Counted from the stretch's first letter, positions 9,718 to 19,831 are shown. The stretch: 64,000 nt of DNA from Candidatus Cryptobacteroides sp. (GCA_045599265.1 JAZRVQ010000048.1:14627-78626), one strand, 5' to 3'. A program made the numbers and translations. The notes: a model not told the origin generated them from the letters alone.

Positions 9718-10628
9718 TTCTGCTTGTCCAGAATCTTCACGTCCATGTGCGGATATGCAAATCCGAATCCGCGTTTCGGGAGTTCGGTGTATAGCATATT
9801 GAGCCCGTCGAAATAGACGCCCCAATAGTCAGCCGTATTGACCCAGACTCTGACAACAAAACTTATGTCATTGCTGTTCAGAGTGTTCAGTCCGATAAAC
9901 GGGTCAGCTGCGCCTTCTGTCGAAGAATCAAGAATACGGCTCTCCGCAGAGAGGATGTCCAGAGCCTCTGCAATGAATTTATTGGCGTCAGAGCCATATT
10001 CCACGCTGATTGTCCAGTCCACACGGCGCAGCGGCATTGCAGAGTAATTGTCGATGTTGCCGCCTGAAAGGGCGCCGTTCGGGACAACGACTATCCTGTT
10101 GTCATTGGTGCGTATTTTAGTGCTGACAATGCTCATATCAAGCACAGTTCCGCTGTAACCCTGCGCTGTGATGAAATCCCCGGCTTTGAAAGGCTTGAAT
10201 ATCATCAGAATGATTCCGCCGGCAAAGTTCTGCACCGTACCGCTCAGAGCCATGCCTATCGCCATGCCTCCCGCAGCGAGCAGGGCGGCTATCGATGTGG
10301 TGTTGACACCGAGGGTGCTGACTGCAATGACAATCAACAGGACATACAGTGAAATCGTGGCAAGCGATATCACGAACGAGGCAAGGGACCCCTCGACATT
10401 GCGACGGTCAAACACCCGCCTCAGGACTTTCCTTATCCTCTTGATGATCCAGGCCCCGACAATATACAGGGCAATGGCCGCAAGGAGTTTGAGTCCGAAC
10501 TGAAGCCCCTTTTCGCCAAGACTCTGGAGGAAGGCGGAAGGATCTTCCTTAATCTGTTCAACTACTGCTTCCTGAACAACTTTCAGCGAATCTGCCACAT
10601 TGATTGGCGCATCTGTCTGCAATAACAT
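9714..10628 (-). CDS. Mechanosensitive ion channel family protein (MscS-like)
   Basis: 304 aa. TM helices are followed by FKPFKAGDFI...GTV...T.IRT.DN..V.VPN, the MscS beta-domain signature. Its stop overlaps the convergent gene's stop within CTAG. Confidence 0.85.
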   Translation of the reverse strand: MLLQTDAPINVADSLKVVQEAVVEQIKEDPSAFLQSLGEKGLQFGLKLLAAIALYIVGAWIIKRIRKVLRRVFDRRNVEGSLASFVISLATISLYVLLIVIAVSTLGVNTTSIAALLAAGGMAIGMALSGTVQNFAGGIILMIFKPFKAGDFITAQGYSGTVLDMSIVSTKIRTNDNRIVVVPNGALSGGNIDNYSAMPLRRVDWTISVEYGSDANKFIAEALDILSAESRILDSSTEGAADPFIGLNTLNSNDISFVVRVWVNTADYWGVYFDGLNMLYTELPKRGFGFAYPHMDVKILDKQN

Positions 10629-10634
10629 ATTGTA

Positions 10635-11849
10635 CTAATTTGAAATATTCAACTCCAGGCTTGCAAGACCGCCATTCGCCGTTTCCTTGTACAGGCTTGG
10701 CAGATCCTTGCCGGTCCGTTTCATTGTATCAACGACCTTGTCAAACGACACAAGGTGCTTTCCGTCACTGAGAAGTGCATAGAGGCTGACGTCCAGCGCA
10801 CGCAGGGCGGCAATAGGGTTTCTTTCTATGCACGGTATCTGGACAAGGCCGCACACAGGGTCGCAGGTAAGGCCGAGATTATGCTCCATGGCCATTTCAG
10901 CGGCATATTCGATCTGCTGCGGGGAGCCTCCGAACAGCTGGTTCACTGTCACGGCAGCCATGACGCACGCACTCCCGACTTCACCCTGACAGCCCACCTC
11001 TGCACCGGAGATGGAAGCGTTCGTCCTGATGACATTGCCGAAAAGACCTGCAGTGGCAAGGGCCTTGAGGATCTCCCTGTCTGAGAATCCGTGGGCAGTC
11101 TTCATGTGATAAAGCACCGCAGCAACAACGCCGCAGGAACCGCATGTCGGCGCAGTGACGACCTTGCCTCCACGCGCGTTCATCTCAGAAACTGCGAGCG
11201 CGTACGCGCACACAAGGGCACGGCTCTTCAGGGAATCCTTGAACCCGGAAGCCCTCATATAATACTGCTTGGCCTTGCTCCTGAGTTTCAGCACTCCCGG
11301 AAGACGGGCATCATTTTCCAGTCCGTCACGCACACTCTGCTGCATGACATCCCACACCTCGGCAAGATAGTCCCATATCCCCTCGCCCTCGTTCTGCTCG
11401 ACATATTCCCAGAATGACAGGCCTTCATGCTCAATATAATGCTTTATCTCACTGATAGTTCCGTGCGGATAAACAGACGAGGCCGTCCGTGCCTCTTCCG
11501 TCTGCTGCCCTTCGGACAAGTTGCCGCCTCCGATGCTGTACACGGTCCAGCTGTCACAGAGAGAGCCGTCATCCGCAAAGGCCTCGAACAGCATGCCGTT
11601 AGTGTGGTAGTCAAGCACGATGTCCGGACGCCAGAGGATTTCGGCAGGCCTTGGAAGCAACGCCCTGACAATGGAGACATCGGTGAGATGCCCCTTGCCG
11701 GTTGCGGCCAGACTGCCGTAAAGTGTGACGCGGAACGACGATGCGCCCCTGTTTTTTGCGCCGAACGTCGATGCGGCCTTGCTCGGACCCATCGTATGGC
11801 TGCTGGACGGGCCGAAACCTATCTTATATATTTCCCTGATACTGTCCAT
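10635..11849 (-). CDS. sdaA: L-serine ammonia-lyase, iron-sulfur dependent, single chain
   Basis: Starts MDSIREIYKIGFGPSSSHTMGP. The start is set at the internal ATG 11849 rather than the longest ORF start at 11879. The CGSCG and alpha-domain regions are present. Confidence 0.9.
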   Translation of the reverse strand: MDSIREIYKIGFGPSSSHTMGPSKAASTFGAKNRGASSFRVTLYGSLAATGKGHLTDVSIVRALLPRPAEILWRPDIVLDYHTNGMLFEAFADDGSLCDSWTVYSIGGGNLSEGQQTEEARTASSVYPHGTISEIKHYIEHEGLSFWEYVEQNEGEGIWDYLAEVWDVMQQSVRDGLENDARLPGVLKLRSKAKQYYMRASGFKDSLKSRALVCAYALAVSEMNARGGKVVTAPTCGSCGVVAAVLYHMKTAHGFSDREILKALATAGLFGNVIRTNASISGAEVGCQGEVGSACVMAAVTVNQLFGGSPQQIEYAAEMAMEHNLGLTCDPVCGLVQIPCIERNPIAALRALDVSLYALLSDGKHLVSFDKVVDTMKRTGKDLPSLYKETANGGLASLELNISN

Positions 11850-11879
11850 GCTCCCCAAAAAATCTCCGCAAAAATACAA

Positions 11880-12917
11880 CTAATTTTGCTCCATTACAAG
11901 CCACTCGGCCTCTCCGCCCCATAATGACAGGAATTTCCTGAAACCTTCACGCGTGACAACGACCGAAGCAGTATTGTCGCATGGATGGAAACTTATCCTC
12001 TCCGCATCCTGAAGGTCGGAATCAAGGTAGAGTTTGACCCTGTGGCCATTTTCGAAGAGTTCCTTCGGGGCTGCGCCGGAGAGGTCAATGTCATTGATGA
12101 GTCCAAACGGGGACACGGACCCGGGACGGAGCCCCAGACACCGGGTCATCCTTTCCGGCGATGCAAACGAAAGCTTCCCCTGATGGAGGCTGTGCTCGAG
12201 AGAATGAATGTCGAGGTCCTTGTGGCACTCGAAACTTATCAGATAGTGGCGGTTGCCCTTGTGGTTGCGCATGAACAGATTCTTGCAGTGGACCGCGTCG
12301 ATATTCTTCCAGTACTCCAGCGCCTCGGCGATGGTGAAAAGAGGCGGATGGAAATAAATCTCGTACTCTATCCCGTTGGACTCCAGAAAATCACGAACCT
12401 TACGCATAGGACATCGGGCGTCCTGTGAAAGAGCAAAAAGGGCCGGGCTGAGATGGCAGTACCCGTCGGGGTTCTTGTCCAGATAGTCCTGATGGTACTC
12501 CTCTGCCGGATAGAAATTCTCGAGCGGGAGCAGTTCCACGGCAAGCGGAGCTCCGCAGCGGGCCTGCTCGCCTTCAAATATGTATTCTGCGACCTTGCGG
12601 TCTTCCGGATCCACATAATATACGCCTGTGCGGTAACGTGTCCCCTCATCCTCTCCCTGCCGGTTCAGGCTCAGCGGATCGATTGCCTTGAAATACATTT
12701 CCAACAGGAAAGCCAGGCTCAGACGGTCCGGATCATAACACACCTCGACGGTCTCGGCAAAGCCTGTATTGTCCGTATAAACCTGCTTGTAAGTAGGGTT
12801 CTCCCCGTTGCCGTTGGCAAATCCGGTCCTGGTCGAAATGACGCCGTAAATGCGTTTCAGAAAATGCTCCGTGCCCCAGAAACATCCGCCCGCAAGATAT
12901 ATTTTCTTCTCTTTCAT
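11880..12917 (-). CDS. msrA: Peptide-methionine (S)-S-oxide reductase fused to a YbaK/ProX-type aminoacyl-tRNA editing-like domain
   Basis: 345 aa. Residues 1 to ~165 are MsrA (GGCFWG, YHQDYL). Residues ~170-345 resemble the ProX/PrdX YbaK-like domain (HCKNLFMRNHKGNRHYLI, LSFASPERM...LGLRPGSVSPFGLIND, FHPCDNTASV). Confidence 0.8.
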   Translation of the reverse strand: MKEKKIYLAGGCFWGTEHFLKRIYGVISTRTGFANGNGENPTYKQVYTDNTGFAETVEVCYDPDRLSLAFLLEMYFKAIDPLSLNRQGEDEGTRYRTGVYYVDPEDRKVAEYIFEGEQARCGAPLAVELLPLENFYPAEEYHQDYLDKNPDGYCHLSPALFALSQDARCPMRKVRDFLESNGIEYEIYFHPPLFTIAEALEYWKNIDAVHCKNLFMRNHKGNRHYLISFECHKDLDIHSLEHSLHQGKLSFASPERMTRCLGLRPGSVSPFGLINDIDLSGAAPKELFENGHRVKLYLDSDLQDAERISFHPCDNTASVVVTREGFRKFLSLWGGEAEWLVMEQN

Positions 12918-13015
12918 ACTGCGAATTTACATAAAAGTCCGGCATTTGTCGAAAAAAACGGGGTGTTTGTCGAAAAGTGCTTTGAACATTATGACAGAGG
13001 GAGTAGTTTTGCGGC

Positions 13016-15571
13016 ATGAAAAAGATTATCGCTACACTCATTCTCACACTTGCAGCCGTGTCTGCATTCGCACAGCGCACCGTCGTCACAGGCGCTGTCC
13101 TTGATTCACTTTCAATGCAGGGCGAGCCGGGAGCCGTCCTCCAGTTTTTCAAATCAAACGACAAATCAAAGGCAATAGCTTTCACAACAACCGATGCCGA
13201 CGGTAACTTCTCGCAGGCTATCTCCGGCAAGGGTGATTATGATATCGTGTACCAGGAAGTGGGCCGCGTGACCATCACAAAGCATTTCACCCTGAGCGGC
13301 GAACCTGAGGTCAAGATAGGCAACATCCTCGCCCAGGACGATGTCGAAGTGCTTGAAGGAGCCGTCAAGACAGAACTCCGCACCCTCGTCAAGATGGACG
13401 TGGACAAGATGACATACAAAGTCGAGGACGATGTCGATGCCAAGAGCAGCACCGTGCTTGACATGCTCCGCAAGGTGCCGATGGTTTCGGTGGACGGAGA
13501 AGACAACATCACCGTGAACGGCAGCAGCAGTTTCCAGGTACTCGTCGACGGCAAGCCGAACGTGATGATCAGCAGCAACCCTTCACAGGTGTTCAAGTCA
13601 ATGCCTGCAAGCGCCATCAAGGACATCCAGGTCATCACGAACCCGGGCGTGAAATATGACGCAGAGGGTGTAGGCGGTATCCTCAACATCACCACCAACC
13701 GTGCCCAGCAGGGCGGCGCCGCAATGCCTGAACTTGACGGATACAACGCAACCGTCGGTTTCAACGGTTCCACCAGGTTCAAGAATGGCTGGGGTGCAGG
13801 CCTCAGGTCATTCGTATCAGGCCAGAAGGGCAAGTTCACATACAGCGCAAACCTCAACCTCAATACCGGTGCCAACAAGGGAACCACCTCAGAATCAGAG
13901 CAGAGCATGATCGCCAGAGACCCTCTCGACTATGACAAATACGAGACTCTGTCATCTACCATCAATTCGAGCACCAGCCACAGCAGCAACCTGATGGGCA
14001 TGGCCAGCCTCGACCTTGGTTATGAGATCGACCCTCTGCGACTCATCTCCGCAAGCGCCGGATTCATGATGCTCGGTTCCAACTCGGCAAGCGACCAGCT
14101 CACGAGCATGCTCTTCGGAGGCAGCACCATGGGATACGGAAGCACCATGAACAGCAAGATGAGCATGAAGAGCATCACCGCCAGCATCGACTACCAGAGA
14201 TCGTTCGCCGACAACGCAGACCGTTCGTTCGTGTTCTCATACCAGCTTTCCAGCAGACCGATGAACTCCTGGAGCGAGACCATCTTCGACGACAGCGGCA
14301 CATCAATGTTCGATATGACCGACAGGTATTCCCAGGGCCCTTCAAACACTCTGCAGAACACCCTTCAGATCGACTACAGCGACAAATGGGCAGGCTGCCT
14401 CACATTCAACGCAGGTGCAAAATACATCAGCCGTATCAACAAATCCAACCAGGAGCAGTACTTCATGCAGGGTGGCAGCTGGGCACTGAACGACTTCTCC
14501 AGCTCCAACTACAGGAATGACAGCAACATCCCGGCAGCATATGTCCAGTTGAGCTACGGAGCCAAGAGTTTCAGCGCAAAGGCCGGTGTCCGCTACGAGC
14601 ACACCTTCCAGAGCATCAAATATCTCGACGGGAAGGGCAACGACCTGAAGGTCAACTATCCTGACTTCGTGCCTGCAGCCAGCATCCAGTACAACATCAC
14701 GATGCAGCAGAACATCGGACTGAGCTACAACATGCGTATCCGCCGTCCGGGCATCACATTCCTCGATCCGTACAAGGATATTTCCGACCCTACACGGCTC
14801 ATGTACGGTAATTCAGACCTCAAGACAGAGAAGGCACACACCGTCAACCTCGTGTACAACTACTTCGCAAAGGTCCTGATGCTCAATGTCACACTCCGTG
14901 ACACATACTGCGGCAACGGAATCTCCAACTACAGTTTCTACGACGACAACCACGTTCTCAACACCACATACGGCAACATCCTCAAGAGCAACTCCATCGG
15001 CCTCAACGTCTATGCGAACATCAACATAGGCAGCAAGACCAGGATCATGCTCAATGCCAGCGGAAGCTACAGCACCATGGACAACGCCCTGCAGGACCTC
15101 CACAACTCCGGATGGAACGGAATGGGAATGCTCGGCATCCAGCAGACACTGCCTTGGGACCTCAGGGCCAGCGCCAACTTCATGGGAACTACCAGGAACC
15201 GCAGTGTTGACGGATGGAGAAGCGGCATGTCAATGGCAATGGCCAGCCTCACCAAGACCTTCCTTGACGACAAGCTCAGCGTAGCCCTCAACGGTACAAT
15301 TCCTCTCAAGAAGAACGCCATCATGGTCATGGAAAGCCATTCAGCCGGTCCTGACTACATCAACAACAGCAAAAACATCATGCCTATGGCCAACCTTTCT
15401 CTCAATGTTTCCTACTCATTCGGAAACAAGAAGGGTATCAGACTGAAGAAGGCCCGCACATCGATCTCCAACGATGACCTCATGGACCGCAGCGATGACA
15501 GCGGCTCAGAAGGCGGAGAGTCTTCAGGCGCCTCACAGGCCGGCGGCGGAATGATGGGTGGCAGAATGTAA
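13016..15571 (+). CDS. Outer-membrane beta-barrel protein (TonB-dependent-receptor-like) with an N-terminal carboxypeptidase-regulatory-like domain
   Basis: 851 aa. Signal peptide MKKIIATLILTLAAVSAFAQ. Plug-like region (VPMVSVDGEDNITVNGS) and a long alternating beta-strand region. LNVSYSF is followed by a ~50-aa Gly/Ser/Asp tail. Confidence 0.75.
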   Translation: MKKIIATLILTLAAVSAFAQRTVVTGAVLDSLSMQGEPGAVLQFFKSNDKSKAIAFTTTDADGNFSQAISGKGDYDIVYQEVGRVTITKHFTLSGEPEVKIGNILAQDDVEVLEGAVKTELRTLVKMDVDKMTYKVEDDVDAKSSTVLDMLRKVPMVSVDGEDNITVNGSSSFQVLVDGKPNVMISSNPSQVFKSMPASAIKDIQVITNPGVKYDAEGVGGILNITTNRAQQGGAAMPELDGYNATVGFNGSTRFKNGWGAGLRSFVSGQKGKFTYSANLNLNTGANKGTTSESEQSMIARDPLDYDKYETLSSTINSSTSHSSNLMGMASLDLGYEIDPLRLISASAGFMMLGSNSASDQLTSMLFGGSTMGYGSTMNSKMSMKSITASIDYQRSFADNADRSFVFSYQLSSRPMNSWSETIFDDSGTSMFDMTDRYSQGPSNTLQNTLQIDYSDKWAGCLTFNAGAKYISRINKSNQEQYFMQGGSWALNDFSSSNYRNDSNIPAAYVQLSYGAKSFSAKAGVRYEHTFQSIKYLDGKGNDLKVNYPDFVPAASIQYNITMQQNIGLSYNMRIRRPGITFLDPYKDISDPTRLMYGNSDLKTEKAHTVNLVYNYFAKVLMLNVTLRDTYCGNGISNYSFYDDNHVLNTTYGNILKSNSIGLNVYANINIGSKTRIMLNASGSYSTMDNALQDLHNSGWNGMGMLGIQQTLPWDLRASANFMGTTRNRSVDGWRSGMSMAMASLTKTFLDDKLSVALNGTIPLKKNAIMVMESHSAGPDYINNSKNIMPMANLSLNVSYSFGNKKGIRLKKARTSISNDDLMDRSDDSGSEGGESSGASQAGGGMMGGRM

Positions 15572-15594
15572 AACATTTTCACTATCTTCGCACA

Positions 15595-16644
15595 ATGCAC
15601 GGAAGAAACCTCAAAACCATATCAGTCAGTGCCCAGATCACCATCTGGGTACTGATGTTCCTTTTCATGCCCATCCAGTTGTTCTTCCAGACCAACGACC
15701 TCGGACTGCTTGTCAAGGCGATGCCGCGCGCGCTGCTCTTCATGCTTCCGTCAGTACTGGTCTTCTACATCAACTATCTGGCATTGATACCGAAATCTCT
15801 TCTCGAGGGTAGGAAGATATGGTTCTGGATCGGGAACATCCTGATCCTGGCGCTGATAGTCCTGTACAGATGGCTGCGCATCAGGTCCATCCCTATTCCG
15901 GAAGGCGTTCCGGAGAACCGTATGGGCATGTTCTCCGTGGGCATCCTGTACATGTTCGCCCTCCAGGTGATCCTGGTCCTGCTGGCCATCGGTCTGCAGT
16001 ATATGGAAAGGTACAGCGCCCTCAAGGAGGCCGAGGCAAAGCAGAAGCAGAAGGCCTCTGAAGCCGAACTTTCATGGCTCAAGAACCAGCTGAACCCGCA
16101 TTTCCTGTTCAACACACTCAACAACATCTCGTCCCTCACCCAGTTCGACTCAGACAGGGCACAGGAGAGTATCGGACAGCTCAGCGACCTTCTCAGATAC
16201 GCCCTCTACGAGACAGAGGAGGCGTTTGTGCCACTCGCATCCGAGGTTGAATTCATGGAGAACTACATCTCCCTGATGTCGCTCAGATGCAACGACCTGA
16301 CCTCCGTGGAGCAGGATTTCGAAGTGTCAAGCGAAAACATACGCATCGCTCCCCTTCTGTTCATATCAATCCTTGAGAATGCCTTCAAGCACGGTGTGAA
16401 CGCCAGGAGCAAGTCATTTGTGAATGTTTCGCTCCGCCGCCGCGGCGACGACATAATATTCAGGTGCGAGAATTCTCTCTTCGAAAAGGCAGGCACCGAC
16501 AGAATCGGCTCCGGCATCGGTATCGAGAACCTCAGACGCCGTCTGGAGCTGATCTATCCGCTCAGGCACGAGTTCAAGTGCGGTGCGGCCGATGACAGAT
16601 ATATAGCAGAAATCACACTCAAGGGGATATGTACAGGTGCATAA
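15595..16644 (+). CDS. Sensor histidine kinase, LytS/YehU-type
   Basis: 349 aa. Four or five TM helices, then LKNQLNPHFLFNTLNNISSL (the His_kinase signature) and an HATPase region (GIGIENLRRRL). Confidence 0.85.
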   Translation: MHGRNLKTISVSAQITIWVLMFLFMPIQLFFQTNDLGLLVKAMPRALLFMLPSVLVFYINYLALIPKSLLEGRKIWFWIGNILILALIVLYRWLRIRSIPIPEGVPENRMGMFSVGILYMFALQVILVLLAIGLQYMERYSALKEAEAKQKQKASEAELSWLKNQLNPHFLFNTLNNISSLTQFDSDRAQESIGQLSDLLRYALYETEEAFVPLASEVEFMENYISLMSLRCNDLTSVEQDFEVSSENIRIAPLLFISILENAFKHGVNARSKSFVNVSLRRRGDDIIFRCENSLFEKAGTDRIGSGIGIENLRRRLELIYPLRHEFKCGAADDRYIAEITLKGICTGA

Positions 16645-17351
16645 TAGTCGATGACGAGCCGCTGGCCGTGAAAATGCTCGAGAACTATGTCCAGAGGACA
16701 CCGTTCCTGGAGCTGGCAGGCTCGTTCAACGACCCTGTGGCAGCGCTGGAGGCAATCAGCAGGACAGTGCCGCACCTTGTGTTCCTTGACATCCAGATGC
16801 CGGACCTTGACGGGCTTGAACTGTCGAGGATGATCCCGTCCGATACCAGAATCATCTTCACCACGGCATTCAAGCAATATGCGCTGGACAGCTACGAGGT
16901 GTCAGCCCTCGACTTCCTTCTCAAGCCGATAAGCTATTCCAAATTCCTGTCCGCATGCGAAAAGGCCAGGAAGTGGTTCGAAATGAAGGAGGCTGCCGAA
17001 AACGCCTCTGCACAGACGTCCAGCAGCATTTTCCTCAAGGTGGACGGGGCATTCCAGAGTGTGGACCTGTCGGACATCTCCTACATAGAAGGAATGAAGG
17101 ACTATGTGGTTGTCCACCTGTGCTCGCAGAAAAAGACCCTGGTCAGCCACCTTACCATGAAGGCGGCGGAACAGATGCTTCCGGCGTCATCATTCATGAG
17201 GGTGCACCGTTCCTACATCGTGGCCCTCGACAAAGTCACATCGGTCAGCCAGACCGGCGACCTTATGATCGGGGATGTCCTTATACACGTCTCCGAGGCG
17301 TATGAGGACAGATTCAACGCCTATATCAGGTCCAAACTTCTTTCCAAGTAA
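16629..17351 (+). CDS. LytR/AlgR family response regulator with a LytTR DNA-binding domain
   Basis: 240 aa. The receiver domain (IIVDDEPLA, FLDIQMPDLDG) is followed by a LytTR domain (YIEGMKDYVVVH, MRVHRSYIV). It overlaps the kinase gene by 16 nt. Confidence 0.9.
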   Translation: MYRCIIVDDEPLAVKMLENYVQRTPFLELAGSFNDPVAALEAISRTVPHLVFLDIQMPDLDGLELSRMIPSDTRIIFTTAFKQYALDSYEVSALDFLLKPISYSKFLSACEKARKWFEMKEAAENASAQTSSSIFLKVDGAFQSVDLSDISYIEGMKDYVVVHLCSQKKTLVSHLTMKAAEQMLPASSFMRVHRSYIVALDKVTSVSQTGDLMIGDVLIHVSEAYEDRFNAYIRSKLLSK

Positions 17352-17352
17352 A

Positions 17353-18933
17353 TCAGGCCTCCTCCTTGTCTGCCAGAGATGAGGAAGCACGGACAGTGAC
17401 AGTGCGGTCATAGCACTTGAACATCTCGTCCACGGCATTCCTGTCCCGCATTGGCGTGAGGATGCTGACGAGCGGCACAATCACAAGACCGAGCAGCATT
17501 GCAAGCACGCCGGCGTTGATAGGCGATGTGAAATATGGGGATATGAACACCTTGCCGGTGAATGTGCACCACATGCATGCACACATCACTGCGACACCGG
17601 AAATGTAACTTGCCCAGACTGCCGCCGGAGTAGTGCGTTTCCAATAAAGTCCATACAGGAACGGGGCAAGGAACGCTCCCGCGAGCGCGCCCCAGGATAT
17701 ACCCATCAACTGGGCGATGAAAGTGATGGAACTGCGGGCCTGCACGATGGCCAGCAGCGATGACACGGCTATGAAGAACAGCACAAAGATCCTGATGCAG
17801 AGCAGTTTGGATTTGTCACCCATCACCTTGCCGCCCTTCTTGACGGCCGGTGCGATGATGTCCAGGGTCAGAGTCGATCCGGATGTCAGCACAAGCGAGG
17901 AAAGGGTGGACATGGACGCAGAAAGGACAAGTATGATGACCACTGCAATGACAGCGTCAGGCAGTGAAGCGAGCATTGACGGAACGATGCTGTCATAGAC
18001 AGGAGTGCCTGCCGAGGTGTAATCGATCGAGTCCCCATAAAGGCGTCCGAAACCGCCGAGGAAGTAACATCCACCAGCCACGATGAAGGCGAATATGGTC
18101 GATATCGCCGTGCCCTTCCTGATGGCATTCTCGTCACGGATGGCATAGAACTTACCCACCATCTGTGGAAGTCCCCAGGTGCCGAGTGAGGTCAGCAGCA
18201 CGACGCCGAGCAGGAAGACAGGCTGAGGTCCGAAGAAAGACACGAACGCACCGGAAAGGCCCGGATCGCTCTCAGACTGTATCTGCGACAGGCTGCGCAC
18301 AGCCTCGCTGAAACCGCCGTTGCTGCCAAGGACGGCAAGCACCACGGCAACGATGCCGGCCAGCATGATCAGTCCCTGTATGAAATCATTGATTGCGGTG
18401 GCCATATAGCCTCCAAGGAGGACATACACGCCGGTCAGTACAGCCATTCCAAGCACACACCACAGATAATCGATGCCGAAAGCCATCTCGAAAAGACGGG
18501 AAAGTCCGTTGTACAGCGACGCCGTGTATGGGATGAGGAAAATGAATACAATGACCGATGCGGCGACCTTGAGGGCATTGGAACCGAACCTGTTGCCGAA
18601 AAAGTCAGGCATTGTGGCGCTGTGCAGATACTGGGTCATCAGTCTTGTGCGGCGGCCCAGCACTCTCCATGCCAGCAACGAGCCTATCAAGGCATTGCCA
18701 AGTCCTATCCATGTGGCGGCAAGGCCATATTTCCACCCGAACTGTCCTGCATATCCGACGAATATGACAGCTGAGAAATATGACGTGCCGAACGCGAATG
18801 CCGTCAGCCAGGAACCGACATTGCGGCCTCCCAGCACGAATCCCTGGACGTTTGTAGCTGTCTTGTGGCAGTAGATGCCAACTCCTGTCATCACCGCGAA
18901 GAACAGGACAAGAAGAAGAATTTTAAGGAACAT
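17353..18933 (-). CDS. Sodium:solute symporter family transporter
   Basis: About 526 aa with multiple TM helices. Contains SSF-like GGRNVGSWLTAFAFGTSYFSA. The start is set at ATG 18933 (MFLKILLL); the track's longer start is a TTG. Confidence 0.8.
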   Translation of the reverse strand: MFLKILLLVLFFAVMTGVGIYCHKTATNVQGFVLGGRNVGSWLTAFAFGTSYFSAVIFVGYAGQFGWKYGLAATWIGLGNALIGSLLAWRVLGRRTRLMTQYLHSATMPDFFGNRFGSNALKVAASVIVFIFLIPYTASLYNGLSRLFEMAFGIDYLWCVLGMAVLTGVYVLLGGYMATAINDFIQGLIMLAGIVAVVLAVLGSNGGFSEAVRSLSQIQSESDPGLSGAFVSFFGPQPVFLLGVVLLTSLGTWGLPQMVGKFYAIRDENAIRKGTAISTIFAFIVAGGCYFLGGFGRLYGDSIDYTSAGTPVYDSIVPSMLASLPDAVIAVVIILVLSASMSTLSSLVLTSGSTLTLDIIAPAVKKGGKVMGDKSKLLCIRIFVLFFIAVSSLLAIVQARSSITFIAQLMGISWGALAGAFLAPFLYGLYWKRTTPAAVWASYISGVAVMCACMWCTFTGKVFISPYFTSPINAGVLAMLLGLVIVPLVSILTPMRDRNAVDEMFKCYDRTVTVRASSSLADKEEA

Positions 18934-18943
18934 ATATCTGCAA

Positions 18944-19831
18944 TTACTTTGCAAATATAATCATTCCTCTGTATTCCAGTGGTGTCATGCCCTCACGCTG
19001 TTTGAAGAACTTGCAGAGAAAACTGCTGTTCGGGAAGGCAAGACGGTCCGAAATCTGCGAAATCGTGAGGTTGGTGGAACGGAGCAGGATCTTTATCTCG
19101 TCCACGACGGCCTTGTCTATCCATTCCTTTACGGTCATGCCGCTGGCATTCTTGACTGACACACTGAGATAGTGTTCGCTGATGCACATCTGTCCTGCAT
19201 AGTCACTCACCTTGCGCTTGGCACCCTTTGACTGGCTGAGAAGGCGGATGAACTCGTTCAGGATCGCTCCCTCACGGGAGACAGTATTGTTGCAGATGCA
19301 TGTGTCGCGGCTGAAAATACCTCCGGCGAAATGGAAAATCGATGCAATCATACTGAACACTGCAGGTGAATTCTCATTTTCGATGGCAAGAAGACCGAAC
19401 AGCGAGTCCACCATCTTGCAGAACTCCTCCCTTTCGGCTTCAGGAAGAAGCACCTTGTGTCTGAAAGCATACTGCTGGAACACAGCGGGCACATTTCCTT
19501 CCATCGCCTCGAGCATCAATCCGGGCTTGATGACAATACTCACGGCCTTGCAGGAAGGATCGATCCTCTCGATCTCGTAGAGAGTACCCGGAGTAAGGAG
19601 TTCCAGTTCACCGGGACGCTGACCAGAGGACATCAGGTTGACATAGGAGTCGGCTCCACCATCCAGATAGAGTCCCAGACGCAAATCGTTCAGCCTGTAT
19701 GGCCCCGTAGAACAGTCTTTATCCTTGAATATATGCGACGCTGCATTGGACACGTGGATGCCCTCGCCTCTGTAATTACGTCCGGAAAACTTCTCGCATC
19801 CGAGATTCTGGTATACAAATGTGCTTTCCAT
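18944..19831 (-). CDS. AraC family transcriptional regulator
   Basis: The C-terminal double HTH (ISEHYLSVSVKNASGMTVKEWIDKAVVDEIKILLRSTNLTISQISDRLAFPNSSFLCKFFKQREGMTPLEYR) follows a cupin-like N-terminal half. Start at ATG 19831. Confidence 0.85.
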   Translation of the reverse strand: MESTFVYQNLGCEKFSGRNYRGEGIHVSNAASHIFKDKDCSTGPYRLNDLRLGLYLDGGADSYVNLMSSGQRPGELELLTPGTLYEIERIDPSCKAVSIVIKPGLMLEAMEGNVPAVFQQYAFRHKVLLPEAEREEFCKMVDSLFGLLAIENENSPAVFSMIASIFHFAGGIFSRDTCICNNTVSREGAILNEFIRLLSQSKGAKRKVSDYAGQMCISEHYLSVSVKNASGMTVKEWIDKAVVDEIKILLRSTNLTISQISDRLAFPNSSFLCKFFKQREGMTPLEYRGMIIFAK

